Part shown: one piece after another, positions 27,550 to 36,701 of the stretch | How the letters are laid out: each line of letters opens with the position of its first letter | Numbering within the stretch: position 1 is the first letter of the stretch | Source of the DNA: a bacterium | Lineage (GTDB): Bacteria; Acidobacteriota; Blastocatellia; HR10 | Direction of reading: 5' to 3' | Length of the DNA: 37,681 nt | Assembly: GCA_041640655.1 (NCBI GenBank) | Contig: JBEPZV010000024.1 | Location: 1-37,681 of the forward strand | The notes under the pieces: generated by a model | The model's database searches: none | Told to the model about the DNA's origin: nothing | The model's input: only the letters and a program-made list of their open reading frames with translations | Position numbers and translations under genes: made by a program

Positions 27550-28605
27550 TCATGGGTAGTTGACGCGCAGCTCGCGCCCCATGATGAAGGTGGGGCGGCG
27601 TCGCACCTTCGCCTCCCGGATCGCCCCTTGAGCCAGCGCCGTCACCAGAAGCGGCATGGCGATGGTCGTGTCGCAATAGACGGTGACGGTTTGAGCGCCC
27701 TTAGCGATCGCACCCCAGCTCTGCGCCTCCTCGAAGGTCGAGCCGGAGACCGTGCCGAAGTACGGGGGATCGGTGATGACCTGGATGGCATAGTGATGGC
27801 CGCGCGCGTTGGCCTTGAGCATGGCCGCCGTGGTCTCCGCCTGCTCCAGGAAATGCTTGGGGCTGCCCCCATCGAAGCAGATGATGCCCGTCCTCGGCGC
27901 TCGGCTCACGATCTGCGCGATCTCGATCACGTCTTGAACGATATCGAAGTGGAAGACCGTCTTGCGCTCGACGCGGCTGACGGCCAGACCCACGGCGATC
28001 GAGGAGTCCGCCACCGCCGGGCAGAAGATCGGCACCTTCGCCTTGTAGGCGGAGGTCAGGATGCCGTCCTCCGTCGCGATCTCGGCCAGCTCGCGCCCTA
28101 AAAGGTAGAAGAACTCGCGCGTCGAATAGGGGCGGCTCAGGTCCAACTGCGCGATGAAGTTGCCGATCCATTCATCGGCTTCGCGGAATTCGACCTCGCT
28201 GGCCAGAGTATCGTACATGCGGTCCACAAGCGCTTCCTGCAGTTCGGCATCGTCCACATTCGGACTCCCGATGTAGTGGTAGCGCCCGAGCGTCTCATGC
28301 AGATCGTGGAAGAGGTTGGTCCCTGTGGTGACCAGGACGTCAATGAAGCGATTTTTGATCAAGTAGGCCACAAGACGCCGCATGCCCGCCGGAACGGCCC
28401 ATCCGGCCAGCCCCATGAGGATCGTCGCATGATCAGCGAGCATCTTCTTCCAAATGTTGCGCGCCAGCGCGAGATTCCGACCTTGGAAGGAGATGCCTTC
28501 CATCTTGTCGAGCAGACCGGCGACGGACCGATCCCGATCAATCTGAATCGGGCGCGTGGGCGTCGTCAGGAATTTCGCGCTCTTGGTCTTGCGAATGACC
28601 ATCAT
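27550..28605 (-). CDS. deoxyhypusine synthase-like protein (homospermidine-synthase/SpeY-like), catalytic Lys replaced
   Basis: FQGRNL, G......AGMR, IDV.VTTG.NL.HD, R.YD, PIFCPA..DSS.., GGSPK, YAIQ..TD and SG.T..EA.SWG-A (canonical SWGK). Confidence 0.9.
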   Translation of the reverse strand: MMVIRKTKSAKFLTTPTRPIQIDRDRSVAGLLDKMEGISFQGRNLALARNIWKKMLADHATILMGLAGWAVPAGMRRLVAYLIKNRFIDVLVTTGTNLFHDLHETLGRYHYIGSPNVDDAELQEALVDRMYDTLASEVEFREADEWIGNFIAQLDLSRPYSTREFFYLLGRELAEIATEDGILTSAYKAKVPIFCPAVADSSIAVGLAVSRVERKTVFHFDIVQDVIEIAQIVSRAPRTGIICFDGGSPKHFLEQAETTAAMLKANARGHHYAIQVITDPPYFGTVSGSTFEEAQSWGAIAKGAQTVTVYCDTTIAMPLLVTALAQGAIREAKVRRRPTFIMGRELRVNYP

Positions 28606-28611
28606 AGCCCT

Positions 28612-30510
28612 TCATTCCAAGTAGGTGTATTTTTGCGCGTAGGCATGATATCGTTCTCGCACGTCAGCCTCCTCCTGATCGGAGAGATGTCCGCGCTTGA
28701 GGGCGTGCGCGAGATTGCGCTGGAAGCCCTCCAGTAAGAACGCGCGGTCGTACCGAGCCAGCGTGAGCACGTCCTCCAGACGGTGTCCGGGGATGATCCG
28801 CTGGACATGAAAGCCGCCGTCCTCATCAATGAGGATGTGGGCTTCATTGAGCGTCCCCAGGAGATTGTGGAAGTTCCCCATCGCCTCTTGATAGGCGCCG
28901 ACCAAGAGGATGGCCAGATAATACGGCTCGTGCGTGAAGGGATGGACTTCGAGCACCTCCTTGACGTCTTTCACATCCACGAACCGATCAATGATGCCGT
29001 CGGAATCGCAGGTCAGGTCCACGAGCGTCGCCGCCTCCGTCGGCGGCTCGTTCAGCTTGTGAATCGGCATGATGGGGAAGAGGTGATCGAGGGCCCAGGC
29101 GTCGGGGACCGCGCGGAAGACCGAGAAGTTGCACAGATACTTCGCCGCCAGCAACTTCTGCAACTCCTCGCTCTCCTCGCGGAAGGCCTTGGAGTGGCGC
29201 GCGAAGTGCTCCACGCGATCGAGAATCTGCCAGAAGAGCACTTCGCCCTTGGCGCGATCTTCCAGATCAATGTAGCCGAGGTTGAAGAGCGTCACCAGCT
29301 CATCCTTGTGCTCCAGAGCATCGTGATAGTACTCGCGATAGTTCTTCGAGTTGATGTGATCGCGCAAGTCGCGCAGCTCCAGCACGACTTGCGGATCATC
29401 CTCATCCACATCCGTGGGCGCGATCTCATCAATCACGGTCTCGATCTCATCTTGCACGTTGACGATGATCATGGCGTGGTAGGCCGTCAGGATGCGTCCG
29501 GATTCGGTGACGATGATCGGCTCGGGGACGTTCTCATCGGCGCAGATGCTGGAGATCGTGTAGACGACATCGTTGGCGAATTCCTGCATCGTGTAATTGG
29601 CCGAGGACTCGAACGAGGAGTGGCTGCCATCGTAATCCACCCCGATGCCGCCGCCGACGTTCAGGTACTGGATGTCCACGCCCATCTTGCGCATCTTCGC
29701 ATAGACACGGGCGGCCTCGCGGATGGCGTTTTTAATGCGGCGAATGTCAGTGATCTGCGATCCGATGTGGCAATGCAGCATCTTCAACGTGTCCAGGAGC
29801 CGATGCTCCCGGAGCTGCTTGATGACCTCCAGGGTCTCGGTTGTCGTCAGACCGAATTTGGCCGTCTCCCCGCCGGATTTCTCCCATCGGCCGCTGCCGC
29901 GGGAATAGAGCTTGACGCGAACGCCCAGCCGCGGCCAGTGCGCCGATTGGGCCGCCAGGCGCAGGAAGATGCCCAGCTCGTTCAACTTCTCGATGACGAC
30001 GAACGTCTGTTTGCCGATCTGACTCGCCAGAAAGGCCATCTCGATGAAAGCCTCATCCTTGAAGCCGTTGCAGACCAGCAGCGAGTCCGGAGACTGCTCC
30101 AGGGCGAGGGCCGCATAGAGCTCCGCCTTCGTCCCCACCTCCAGTCCATAGTCGTACTTGCTCCCTTCTTGCAGGAAGGCCTCCACGACATCGCGCCGCG
30201 GATTCACCTTCATCGGATAGACGGCCCGGTGTGCCCCGCGGTAGTCGAATTCGCGGATGGCCTGAGCGAACGCCTGATGTAGCTCGCGGATCTGACTGGC
30301 GATAATCTGTGGAAACCGCAACAACAGTGGAGGAGTCAGCCGGCAGCGGGTGATCAGGTGGTCAACAATGGCCTTTACGTCCGCCGCGCGCGCCCCGTTT
30401 TTCGTCGGTCGGACCGTGAGGTGGCCCAATTTGTTGATCCCGAAATAGCCTGCACCCCAGTTCTCAATCCCATAGGTCTGAATGGTCTGTTCGGTCGAGA
30501 TTTTGCTCAA
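28612..30510 (-). CDS. speA: biosynthetic arginine decarboxylase
   Basis: YGI.NWG.GYF, YPMKVN (PLP Lys), GLE.G.K.EL, SGG..AKFGL, H.HIGSQ, GGG.GVDYDG, ESGR, D.TCDSDG and GAYQE..G..HNL; TTG start. Confidence 0.96.
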   Translation of the reverse strand: MSKISTEQTIQTYGIENWGAGYFGINKLGHLTVRPTKNGARAADVKAIVDHLITRCRLTPPLLLRFPQIIASQIRELHQAFAQAIREFDYRGAHRAVYPMKVNPRRDVVEAFLQEGSKYDYGLEVGTKAELYAALALEQSPDSLLVCNGFKDEAFIEMAFLASQIGKQTFVVIEKLNELGIFLRLAAQSAHWPRLGVRVKLYSRGSGRWEKSGGETAKFGLTTTETLEVIKQLREHRLLDTLKMLHCHIGSQITDIRRIKNAIREAARVYAKMRKMGVDIQYLNVGGGIGVDYDGSHSSFESSANYTMQEFANDVVYTISSICADENVPEPIIVTESGRILTAYHAMIIVNVQDEIETVIDEIAPTDVDEDDPQVVLELRDLRDHINSKNYREYYHDALEHKDELVTLFNLGYIDLEDRAKGEVLFWQILDRVEHFARHSKAFREESEELQKLLAAKYLCNFSVFRAVPDAWALDHLFPIMPIHKLNEPPTEAATLVDLTCDSDGIIDRFVDVKDVKEVLEVHPFTHEPYYLAILLVGAYQEAMGNFHNLLGTLNEAHILIDEDGGFHVQRIIPGHRLEDVLTLARYDRAFLLEGFQRNLAHALKRGHLSDQEEADVRERYHAYAQKYTYLE

Positions 30511-30554
30511 TTCCGTCCACCCTCACCTCGTGTTTCCCGACGTTCAAGCAAGGT

Positions 30555-30584
30555 AATGTAGCAGAAGTCCTTAGCCAATGTCAA
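30555..30584 (-). promoter_or_regulatory. sigma70-type promoter of speA-DHS-like-speB-trmI cluster
   Basis: Minus strand: TTGACA, 18 bp, TACATT with extended TG. Confidence 0.6.
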
Positions 30585-30681
30585 AGCCTTTTTTCGGAAA
30601 GGGGGGTGGGGTGAGTCGTTCTCCGTAACAGTTTGTCATTGAGTGACTTGTGGGCTAGAGCGAGGAGCGGTCCTAGGCGGC

Positions 30682-31692
30682 CTATTCCACGAGCGTGGAG
30701 GCAACGCTGCGGAAGACGCTACCCGTAGCCGTCCCGGCAAAGAGCCGCCCATCGTCCGGCTTCAGCGCCAGCGAGAGGACATTTCGATCATCCAGACCGG
30801 CGTTCACTTCCGTCCATGTCCGCCCGCCATCGGTCGAGCGGAAGACACCCGCGCCATACGTGGCGGCAAAGATGTGTCCCTGCGCGTTGGCGAGGAGCGA
30901 GAAGACGATGGCATCGAAGCGGAAGTACCGGACCCAACTGCGCCCGAGGAGCCGATAGATGTCGCCGTTGAAGGTCCCAGCCAGCACATGCCCCTGCGGC
31001 GTCACAAGGAGCGCCGTCACCGGGACGTCGTCCATTCCGGCGCTGATCTCTGTCCAGCTGGCTCCCTGATCCGTGGAGCGGAAGACGCCGCCGCCAAATG
31101 TCCCGGAGAGCCGGAGCGCCCCTGTCCCGGCATAAAGCTCGCCATTGGGAGCGACAGCTAACGAGAGTACATAGGGGTTCTTCAGCCCATTACTCGCGCG
31201 AGTCCATGTTTGTCCACCATCGGTTGAGCGGAAGACGCCTCCCGGATTCCTCGGCAGGTCCCAGGTCCCGGCGTAGAGAATACCGCTGGAACGATCCAGC
31301 GCCAGACACACGACGTGGGGATTCCGCAGGCCGGTATTAACCGCCCTCCAGGTCTCCCCTCGATCATCCGAGCGGAAGACGCCACTGCCTCCGACCGACA
31401 GGCTTCCGGTGCCGGCGAAGATTCGGCCCTCGGGGTCTATGACGAGGGAGCTGATATAGGGGTGGGTCAGCCCTTGATTGGTGGGAGTCCACGTCAGCCC
31501 CCCATCTTCAGATCGGAAGACACCCCCGCCATCAGTACCGGCGAAGATCACTCCATCCTGGGTCACAGCAAGCGCTTGAACAGGGTATGTCGCCGGGCCA
31601 CTGGTCGTCTGCCAGAAGGTCTCTTGGGCCACACTCAGTGGAGCCAGAGCGATCGAGAGCGCACATCCTCCGAACATGAGCCATCGCCGCAT
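30682..31692 (-). CDS. secreted BNR/Asp-box (YCF48-like) single beta-propeller protein
   Basis: Signal peptide MRRWLMFGGCALSIALAPLSVA; about 7 repeats of AGT...GVFRS.DGG.TW; SD GAGGAGGTG before ATG 31692. Confidence 0.88.
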   Translation of the reverse strand: MRRWLMFGGCALSIALAPLSVAQETFWQTTSGPATYPVQALAVTQDGVIFAGTDGGGVFRSEDGGLTWTPTNQGLTHPYISSLVIDPEGRIFAGTGSLSVGGSGVFRSDDRGETWRAVNTGLRNPHVVCLALDRSSGILYAGTWDLPRNPGGVFRSTDGGQTWTRASNGLKNPYVLSLAVAPNGELYAGTGALRLSGTFGGGVFRSTDQGASWTEISAGMDDVPVTALLVTPQGHVLAGTFNGDIYRLLGRSWVRYFRFDAIVFSLLANAQGHIFAATYGAGVFRSTDGGRTWTEVNAGLDDRNVLSLALKPDDGRLFAGTATGSVFRSVASTLVE

Positions 31693-31740
31693 CGGGCACC
31701 TCCTCAGCATCGAGATCCACGGCGCTTCATGGCCTCCCAT

Positions 31741-31769
31741 TAAATATCCGAATCCGCCCACGCTGTCAA
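31741..31769 (-). promoter_or_regulatory. putative promoter for second BNR propeller
   Basis: Minus strand: TTGACA, 17 bp, TATTTA. Confidence 0.4.
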
Positions 31770-32059
31770 GCAGAAAGTTCTTCGGTACCGGGGGCAACGA
31801 GGCAGACCGTATTGCACCGCGCGGGGGGGGGCTCGATCATCCGCTGAACCTTGGCAAGGTGGGCGGTGGCCCGCGACCTCGGACGAGCCGAGGGCGCTTC
31901 TTGTGCGAACTCCGCGCGGATGCCCGGCCGTGGCCCGGGGACAGGCGCGAGCGATCCTTCGTGGCGTTGCTCCTTCTGCATGGAACCCATCACCTGGAGC
32001 GAGCGCTGCGAGCCCCTGGACAAGGTGAGCTGGCGCTGGAGAACGCGCGATCGCTTCGG

Positions 32060-35000
32060 TCAGAAACTCACCCGCAGGCCGAGCTGAAAGGCGCGCGGAC
32101 CGCCTGTGCCGAAATATTGTCCGGCTTTGAGCGTCGGCTGGCCGAAGTGAAAGACATCGGGTGGAAGGATCTCGCCATTTGGTCCGAACCGACCCGCGTC
32201 GAGCGTGGAGGTGAAGCCTCCGAGGTTGGAGATATTGAAGAGGTTGAAGACCTCGACGAGCACCTCCAGGGCGTAGCGCTCGCGGAATCGGAAGGTCTTG
32301 GCCAGGCGCACATCCTGCGAGTGAAAGGAATCGCCGAAGGTGAATCGCGGCGGGAGGACGAGCGGGGGGATGAGGGCACCATGCGCGTCCTCGCGCCCGG
32401 CGAATTCGCGATTGAAGCGTTCGACGAGCCGCTCCAACTCGGCTCGGCTCGTCCCGCGACCGAGGGAATTGATCTTCAATCCGGGCAGCGTATCGCCGAA
32501 TGTTCCATCGCCGTTGAGATCAATATTGCCGCGCACTCGGGCATTGAGCGGAGGGGAACTGGCGGAGACGGCGATCAGCGACGCGCGCAATCCCCACGGT
32601 AGGTCCACGATGGCGCTCACTGTGAGCCGATGGCGCGCATCGCGATCCAGCGGTCCGCGATACGCGAACCAATCGGTCAGGTCCTCGGTGGGGAAATATC
32701 CGGTGAGGCTAGAGAGCGCATAGGAGACCGTGAATTGGTACCGATGCGAGAGCCGCTTATCGAGTTTCAGCAGAAGGGCCAGGTAACGCTCGCGTCCACT
32801 ACTTTGATAGATGCTGATCGGCCCGTTGGAACAGAGCGCCGTTGGGTCGGTCGCTTGCGCGCCCAAGCAGCGGGGGATCACGGCTCCGCCTCGCGCTTCG
32901 GCCCGGTTGTAGAGATTGCGATCGGTCTGAAAGAGCGTGTGCCGACGCAGTCGCAGCACGACATCGGCTGAAAGTTGCATCTGGTGGGGGAATTCGCGTC
33001 CGATCCCCAGACTGATGTGTTCGGCGTAGGCGACTTCTAAATCGGGATCGAGCAGGTCCGAGCCCGTTTTGAAGAAATCCAATCCGGTCACTCCCGAGCG
33101 TCCCAGTTCGGCGATCCGACGCTCCAGTTCCGAGAGTTGGAGCGCGAGGACTCGGAGGAATTGCTCGCCCGTGAACTTTGTCGGGATCGAGGTGAATTGC
33201 AGCGGTGCTCCCAGTGGAGGATTGATCTGATTGAGCGGCGGCAGAAGTCCCGGGACCTGTGGGAATGAGAAGGGATTGCGGAAGAACGAGCTGCTGATGG
33301 GCACGCGCCCGGCGCCGAGCGGCCCAATGATCCCGCGCTCGGTCAAGCGGGTGACGAATAAGATGGTGTCGTAGTAGCGTCCCGCGCCGCCCCGCAGGAC
33401 CGTTCGCCCTCTTCCGTCAATGTCCCATGCGAAGCCGAAGCTGGGCGCGAGATTGTCCTTATCTTTGCCCGGAGGATCGAGCCGCCCCACCAGTGGCCTG
33501 AGAAGCGCCGGCTTCGGCAGATCGTGATTGAGCAGATTCGTCTCGTATTGATACGAGAGGCCATAGGTGAGAGTGAACCGGCGGCGGATCGTCCAGGAAT
33601 CCTGCCCATAGATGCGCACGCGATGATTGCGCCGGGCGCTGGCGGCGCGGAAGGGCGGCGGTTGCGAAGGATCACCCAGGCCGATGAAGGCGACAGCCAG
33701 CGGCAATTGCAGCATCTCCGCGAGCGTTGGCGCCCTGTCCGGTCGCGTGAAGATCGGCGGCAGAGGGATCGCGAGTGTGTTGCGTACGGTCGGGGGCAGC
33801 GGCACCTGCGCGACCAGCTGATTGACCAACTGCACATTGCGCGGATCGTGGAGCACCAGAAGTCCCGGCTCCAGAAAGGCCCACCGGCCGCGCCCGTTGA
33901 GATACTCCCATTCGCCGCCCCACCGCAGCCGATGGGTCCCCCGTTGCCAGTAGACGTTGTCCGTCACTTGGACGCGATCAATGAGGCGATCTTGCGGGGC
34001 ATTGAAGCTGTTGCCGAAGCGGATATTGCTGCCATCCACGCGCACTTGCGGCCCTCCGAGACCAACACATCCGAGCCGGGCGGGCGGACATTCTCGTGCT
34101 GTCGGGAGGCGATTCTCATTGCGAATCCGGTGGTAGGTGACCCGGAGATCATTGAGCAAATCCGGCTGAAGGATGCTCACCAGTCCGACCTGCGCATTGT
34201 CATCGGCATTTCGGTTGACGCGCCAATTTGAGGGCAGCGTGTTCACGTCATCAGGAGCGAAGGCGTGATTGTCGTCCCGACTGTAGCGGATGAACACGCT
34301 GTGCCGATCATTCACGCGAACGTCGGCGCGCGCCGTGGCGACCCATCCATCATAGGGGCTCTCAGCGACTGTATCGAAGTAACGGAAGCCCTCCCATCCC
34401 GTGTGAACACTTGAGAGGGCGGCGTCTTGATTCAGCCACTCCACATTCCCGAAGAAGAACGCCCGATTTCGGCGGAGCGGTCCCCCCAGCGATCCGCCGT
34501 ACTGCGCGCGGCGAAAGAACGGATGCGGATGGCGGGGGTCGCGCGCGAGGGTGGGGAAGGCGGCCAGATGACGATCGCGATAGAAGAGGAAGCCGCTGCC
34601 GTGCCACTCGTTCGTCCCAGAGCGGGAGACGATATTGATGGCGCCGACTGAGGTGATGCCGGTCGAGAGATCGAAATTGAAGGTGGAGATTTGAAACTCC
34701 TGGATCGTCTCGGTCGAGAAGTTTTGGCCTGCGCCTCCGGTGACCGGATCCACGATGTTGCCTCCATCCACGGTGAGGCGGGTGAGCGAGGCCTGCGCGC
34801 CACCGATGGAGACATTGAAGAGGTTGTTGAATTGCCCAGGATTGGAGATGGTCACCGCGACGCCCGGCTCCAGCATGGCCAGTTGCAGGAAGTTGCGACC
34901 GTTGAGCGGGAGGGCATCAATCTTCTCGCGCGTGATGACGCCATCAATCGTGTAGTTGACGCGATCCAGACGAGAGGGTTCAGCGACGACTTCGACGGTC

Positions 35001-35356
35001 TCACTCATGGAGCCCACCTGGAGTATGACGTCGGCCGAGGCCGTCGCTCCGACCCGGACGAGCACGCGCTGCATCGTCGGCGCGAAGCCGGGCGCCTCGA
35101 CCCGCAATTCGTATTCGCCCGGCGGGAGGTGTTCGATCCGATAAAGCCCGTCCTCGCGACTGCGCGTGCGACGCATCTCGCCCGTGGCTCGATTTGTGAG
35201 CGTCACCGCGGCGTGGGGGATGAAGTCGCCGCGCTCATCGCTCACAAAGCCCTGGACGGAGCCCGTCGGCGTTTGTCCCCATCCCGATTCGAGAGGACCC
35301 ATCAGGATCAGCATCAACAGGCTCATGCGCAGCGCGAGCGCGACTTGGTTCCGCAT
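32060..35356 (-). CDS. Oar-like TonB-dependent receptor with carboxypeptidase-regulatory-like N-domain
   Basis: Signal peptide; G.V.G.V.D..G..IP.A.VT; LPLNGRNFLQLA.L.PG; IQEFQI; INIVSRSGTNEWHGS; YGQDSW; C-terminal PRAFQLGLRVSF; SD GGAGG before ATG 35356. Confidence 0.92.
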   Translation of the reverse strand: MRNQVALALRMSLLMLILMGPLESGWGQTPTGSVQGFVSDERGDFIPHAAVTLTNRATGEMRRTRSREDGLYRIEHLPPGEYELRVEAPGFAPTMQRVLVRVGATASADVILQVGSMSETVEVVAEPSRLDRVNYTIDGVITREKIDALPLNGRNFLQLAMLEPGVAVTISNPGQFNNLFNVSIGGAQASLTRLTVDGGNIVDPVTGGAGQNFSTETIQEFQISTFNFDLSTGITSVGAINIVSRSGTNEWHGSGFLFYRDRHLAAFPTLARDPRHPHPFFRRAQYGGSLGGPLRRNRAFFFGNVEWLNQDAALSSVHTGWEGFRYFDTVAESPYDGWVATARADVRVNDRHSVFIRYSRDDNHAFAPDDVNTLPSNWRVNRNADDNAQVGLVSILQPDLLNDLRVTYHRIRNENRLPTARECPPARLGCVGLGGPQVRVDGSNIRFGNSFNAPQDRLIDRVQVTDNVYWQRGTHRLRWGGEWEYLNGRGRWAFLEPGLLVLHDPRNVQLVNQLVAQVPLPPTVRNTLAIPLPPIFTRPDRAPTLAEMLQLPLAVAFIGLGDPSQPPPFRAASARRNHRVRIYGQDSWTIRRRFTLTYGLSYQYETNLLNHDLPKPALLRPLVGRLDPPGKDKDNLAPSFGFAWDIDGRGRTVLRGGAGRYYDTILFVTRLTERGIIGPLGAGRVPISSSFFRNPFSFPQVPGLLPPLNQINPPLGAPLQFTSIPTKFTGEQFLRVLALQLSELERRIAELGRSGVTGLDFFKTGSDLLDPDLEVAYAEHISLGIGREFPHQMQLSADVVLRLRRHTLFQTDRNLYNRAEARGGAVIPRCLGAQATDPTALCSNGPISIYQSSGRERYLALLLKLDKRLSHRYQFTVSYALSSLTGYFPTEDLTDWFAYRGPLDRDARHRLTVSAIVDLPWGLRASLIAVSASSPPLNARVRGNIDLNGDGTFGDTLPGLKINSLGRGTSRAELERLVERFNREFAGREDAHGALIPPLVLPPRFTFGDSFHSQDVRLAKTFRFRERYALEVLVEVFNLFNISNLGGFTSTLDAGRFGPNGEILPPDVFHFGQPTLKAGQYFGTGGPRAFQLGLRVSF

Positions 35357-35400
35357 ATCGTCCTCCACCACTTCGGCCAGCCGGATTTGCACTGCCAAGC

Positions 35401-35429
35401 AGAGTAGTGAGCCCCTGAAGGTTTGTCAA
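35401..35429 (-). promoter_or_regulatory. sigma70-type promoter for second TonB receptor
   Basis: Minus strand: TTGACA, 17 bp, TACTCT; argues against the ORF-track TTG start at 35398. Confidence 0.6.
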
Positions 35430-35564
35430 GCCGAAAGTCATGGGAGCGAAGGAGTCTGCTCCTGCGGGCGACGAGCGTGAGCGTTTGAATTTGGGCGGTC
35501 ACGACTTCGTGCTCGAAGCGACCCGCCCCCCTACGACTCCACGTCAGCTTCGCGTAGATCCTGC

Positions 35565-35594
35565 TTGCTTCGGCAGGAGCGGGGGTGTTAGATT
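35565..35594 (+). promoter_or_regulatory. putative promoter for coiled-coil nuclease gene
   Basis: TTGCTT, 18 bp, TAGATT with extended TG; favours ATG 35607 over 35595. Confidence 0.45.
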
Positions 35595-35606
35595 ATGCCG
35601 AGGAAT

Positions 35607-36701
35607 ATGCTGACGCGTGATGAGCTGATCCAGTGGATGAGAACTGAGCTGCCTCGGCTCCTTCAGGAGGATCCAGCGTTCCGCGCGCAGGTGATTGGCA
35701 TTCTCAGCGAAGCGCTCGTCTCCAAGGGGGAGCTGACGCGTCTCTTGGATGAGCTGCGGGCGATGCGCGAGGAGTCTCAACGGCGGTTCGAAGCGGCGGA
35801 TCGGCGGTTTGAGGCGATTGTGGAGGAGCTGCGGGCGATGCGGGCGGATTTCGAGCGACGGTTCGAGGAGGTGGACCGGCGGTTCGAAGCGGCGGACCGG
35901 CGGTTTGAGGCGATCGTGGAGGAGCTACGGGCGATGCGGGCGGATTTCGAGCGACGGTTCGAGGAGGTGGACCGGCGGTTCGAGGCGGCGGACCGGCGGT
36001 TTGAGGCGATTGTGGAGGAGCTGCGGGCGATGCGGGCGGATTTCGAGCGACGGTTCGAGGAGGTGGACCGGCGGTTCGAAGCGGTGGACCGGCGGTTTGA
36101 GGCGATCGTGGAGGAGCTACGGGCGATGCGGGCGGATTTCGAGCGACGGTTCGAGGAGGTGGACCGGCGGTTCGAGGCGGCGGACCGGCGGTTTGAGGCG
36201 ATCGTGGAGGAGCTGCGGACGTTGCGCTCGGATTTCGAGCAGTGGGTTCGATTCAGCCAGCAGGAGTTCGCGGCGTTGCGGGTGCGGGTAGCAGAGATGG
36301 GCATCGGATTGGGGTCGCTAGGATTACGCATGGGCCAAGGTTTGGAGGAGGTGATTCGCCAAGTGATCGAGAGCTTCTCCGGAGCGGGGCCTCTGAAAGC
36401 GGCGCGGCTTGTGCTCATTGACGAAGCGGGGGAGTTGTATCAACCTGGAGCGCGCGTCGAGATTGATGCGCTGGTGACCGATGGGCGGAGATTCCTCGTC
36501 GAGGTCAAGAACTACGCCAAGACGGATGAAGTCTGGGCCTTCCATCGTAAAGCTCAGTTCGCTGAAGCCAAGTTGGGAGAGACATTCGAGAAAGTGCTGA
36601 TCGCTCCGGCGGCGACGGCCTCGGCTGTCGCTCTGGCCAAGCAATTGGGGATCATCTGCTACACATTTCGTGCCGTGGAGTCGCGCGAGACATCGGAGTG
36701 A
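35607..36701 (+). CDS. coiled-coil repeat protein with C-terminal PD-(D/E)XK nuclease-like domain (DUF3782/DUF1626-like)
   Basis: N-terminal head ELPRLLQEDPAFR, long RRFE coiled-coil repeats, then LG.R.G...E and EIDALV....FLVEVK (D...ExK); alternative start 35595. Confidence 0.8.
   Translation: MLTRDELIQWMRTELPRLLQEDPAFRAQVIGILSEALVSKGELTRLLDELRAMREESQRRFEAADRRFEAIVEELRAMRADFERRFEEVDRRFEAADRRFEAIVEELRAMRADFERRFEEVDRRFEAADRRFEAIVEELRAMRADFERRFEEVDRRFEAVDRRFEAIVEELRAMRADFERRFEEVDRRFEAADRRFEAIVEELRTLRSDFEQWVRFSQQEFAALRVRVAEMGIGLGSLGLRMGQGLEEVIRQVIESFSGAGPLKAARLVLIDEAGELYQPGARVEIDALVTDGRRFLVEVKNYAKTDEVWAFHRKAQFAEAKLGETFEKVLIAPAATASAVALAKQLGIICYTFRAVESRETSE
35781..36241 (+). repeat. 96-bp (32-codon) intragenic tandem repeat, 4 full copies plus partial flanks
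   Basis: Units start at 35826, 35922, 36018, 36114 (and degenerate 36210); encodes ELRAMRADFERRFEEVDRRFEAADRRFEAIVE. Confidence 0.95.

Noticed and set aside
25828..28101. 757-aa plus-strand ORF spanning trmI/speB/DHS-like, and similar long antisense ORFs over the gcv, apgM and speA genes
   Set aside because: Antisense to well-conserved genes, with no domain signal; a GC-driven lack of stop codons explains them.
35781..36241. Possible CRISPR array
   Set aside because: Repeats are contiguous, in-frame 96-mers without unique spacers; they encode a coiled coil and there are no cas genes.
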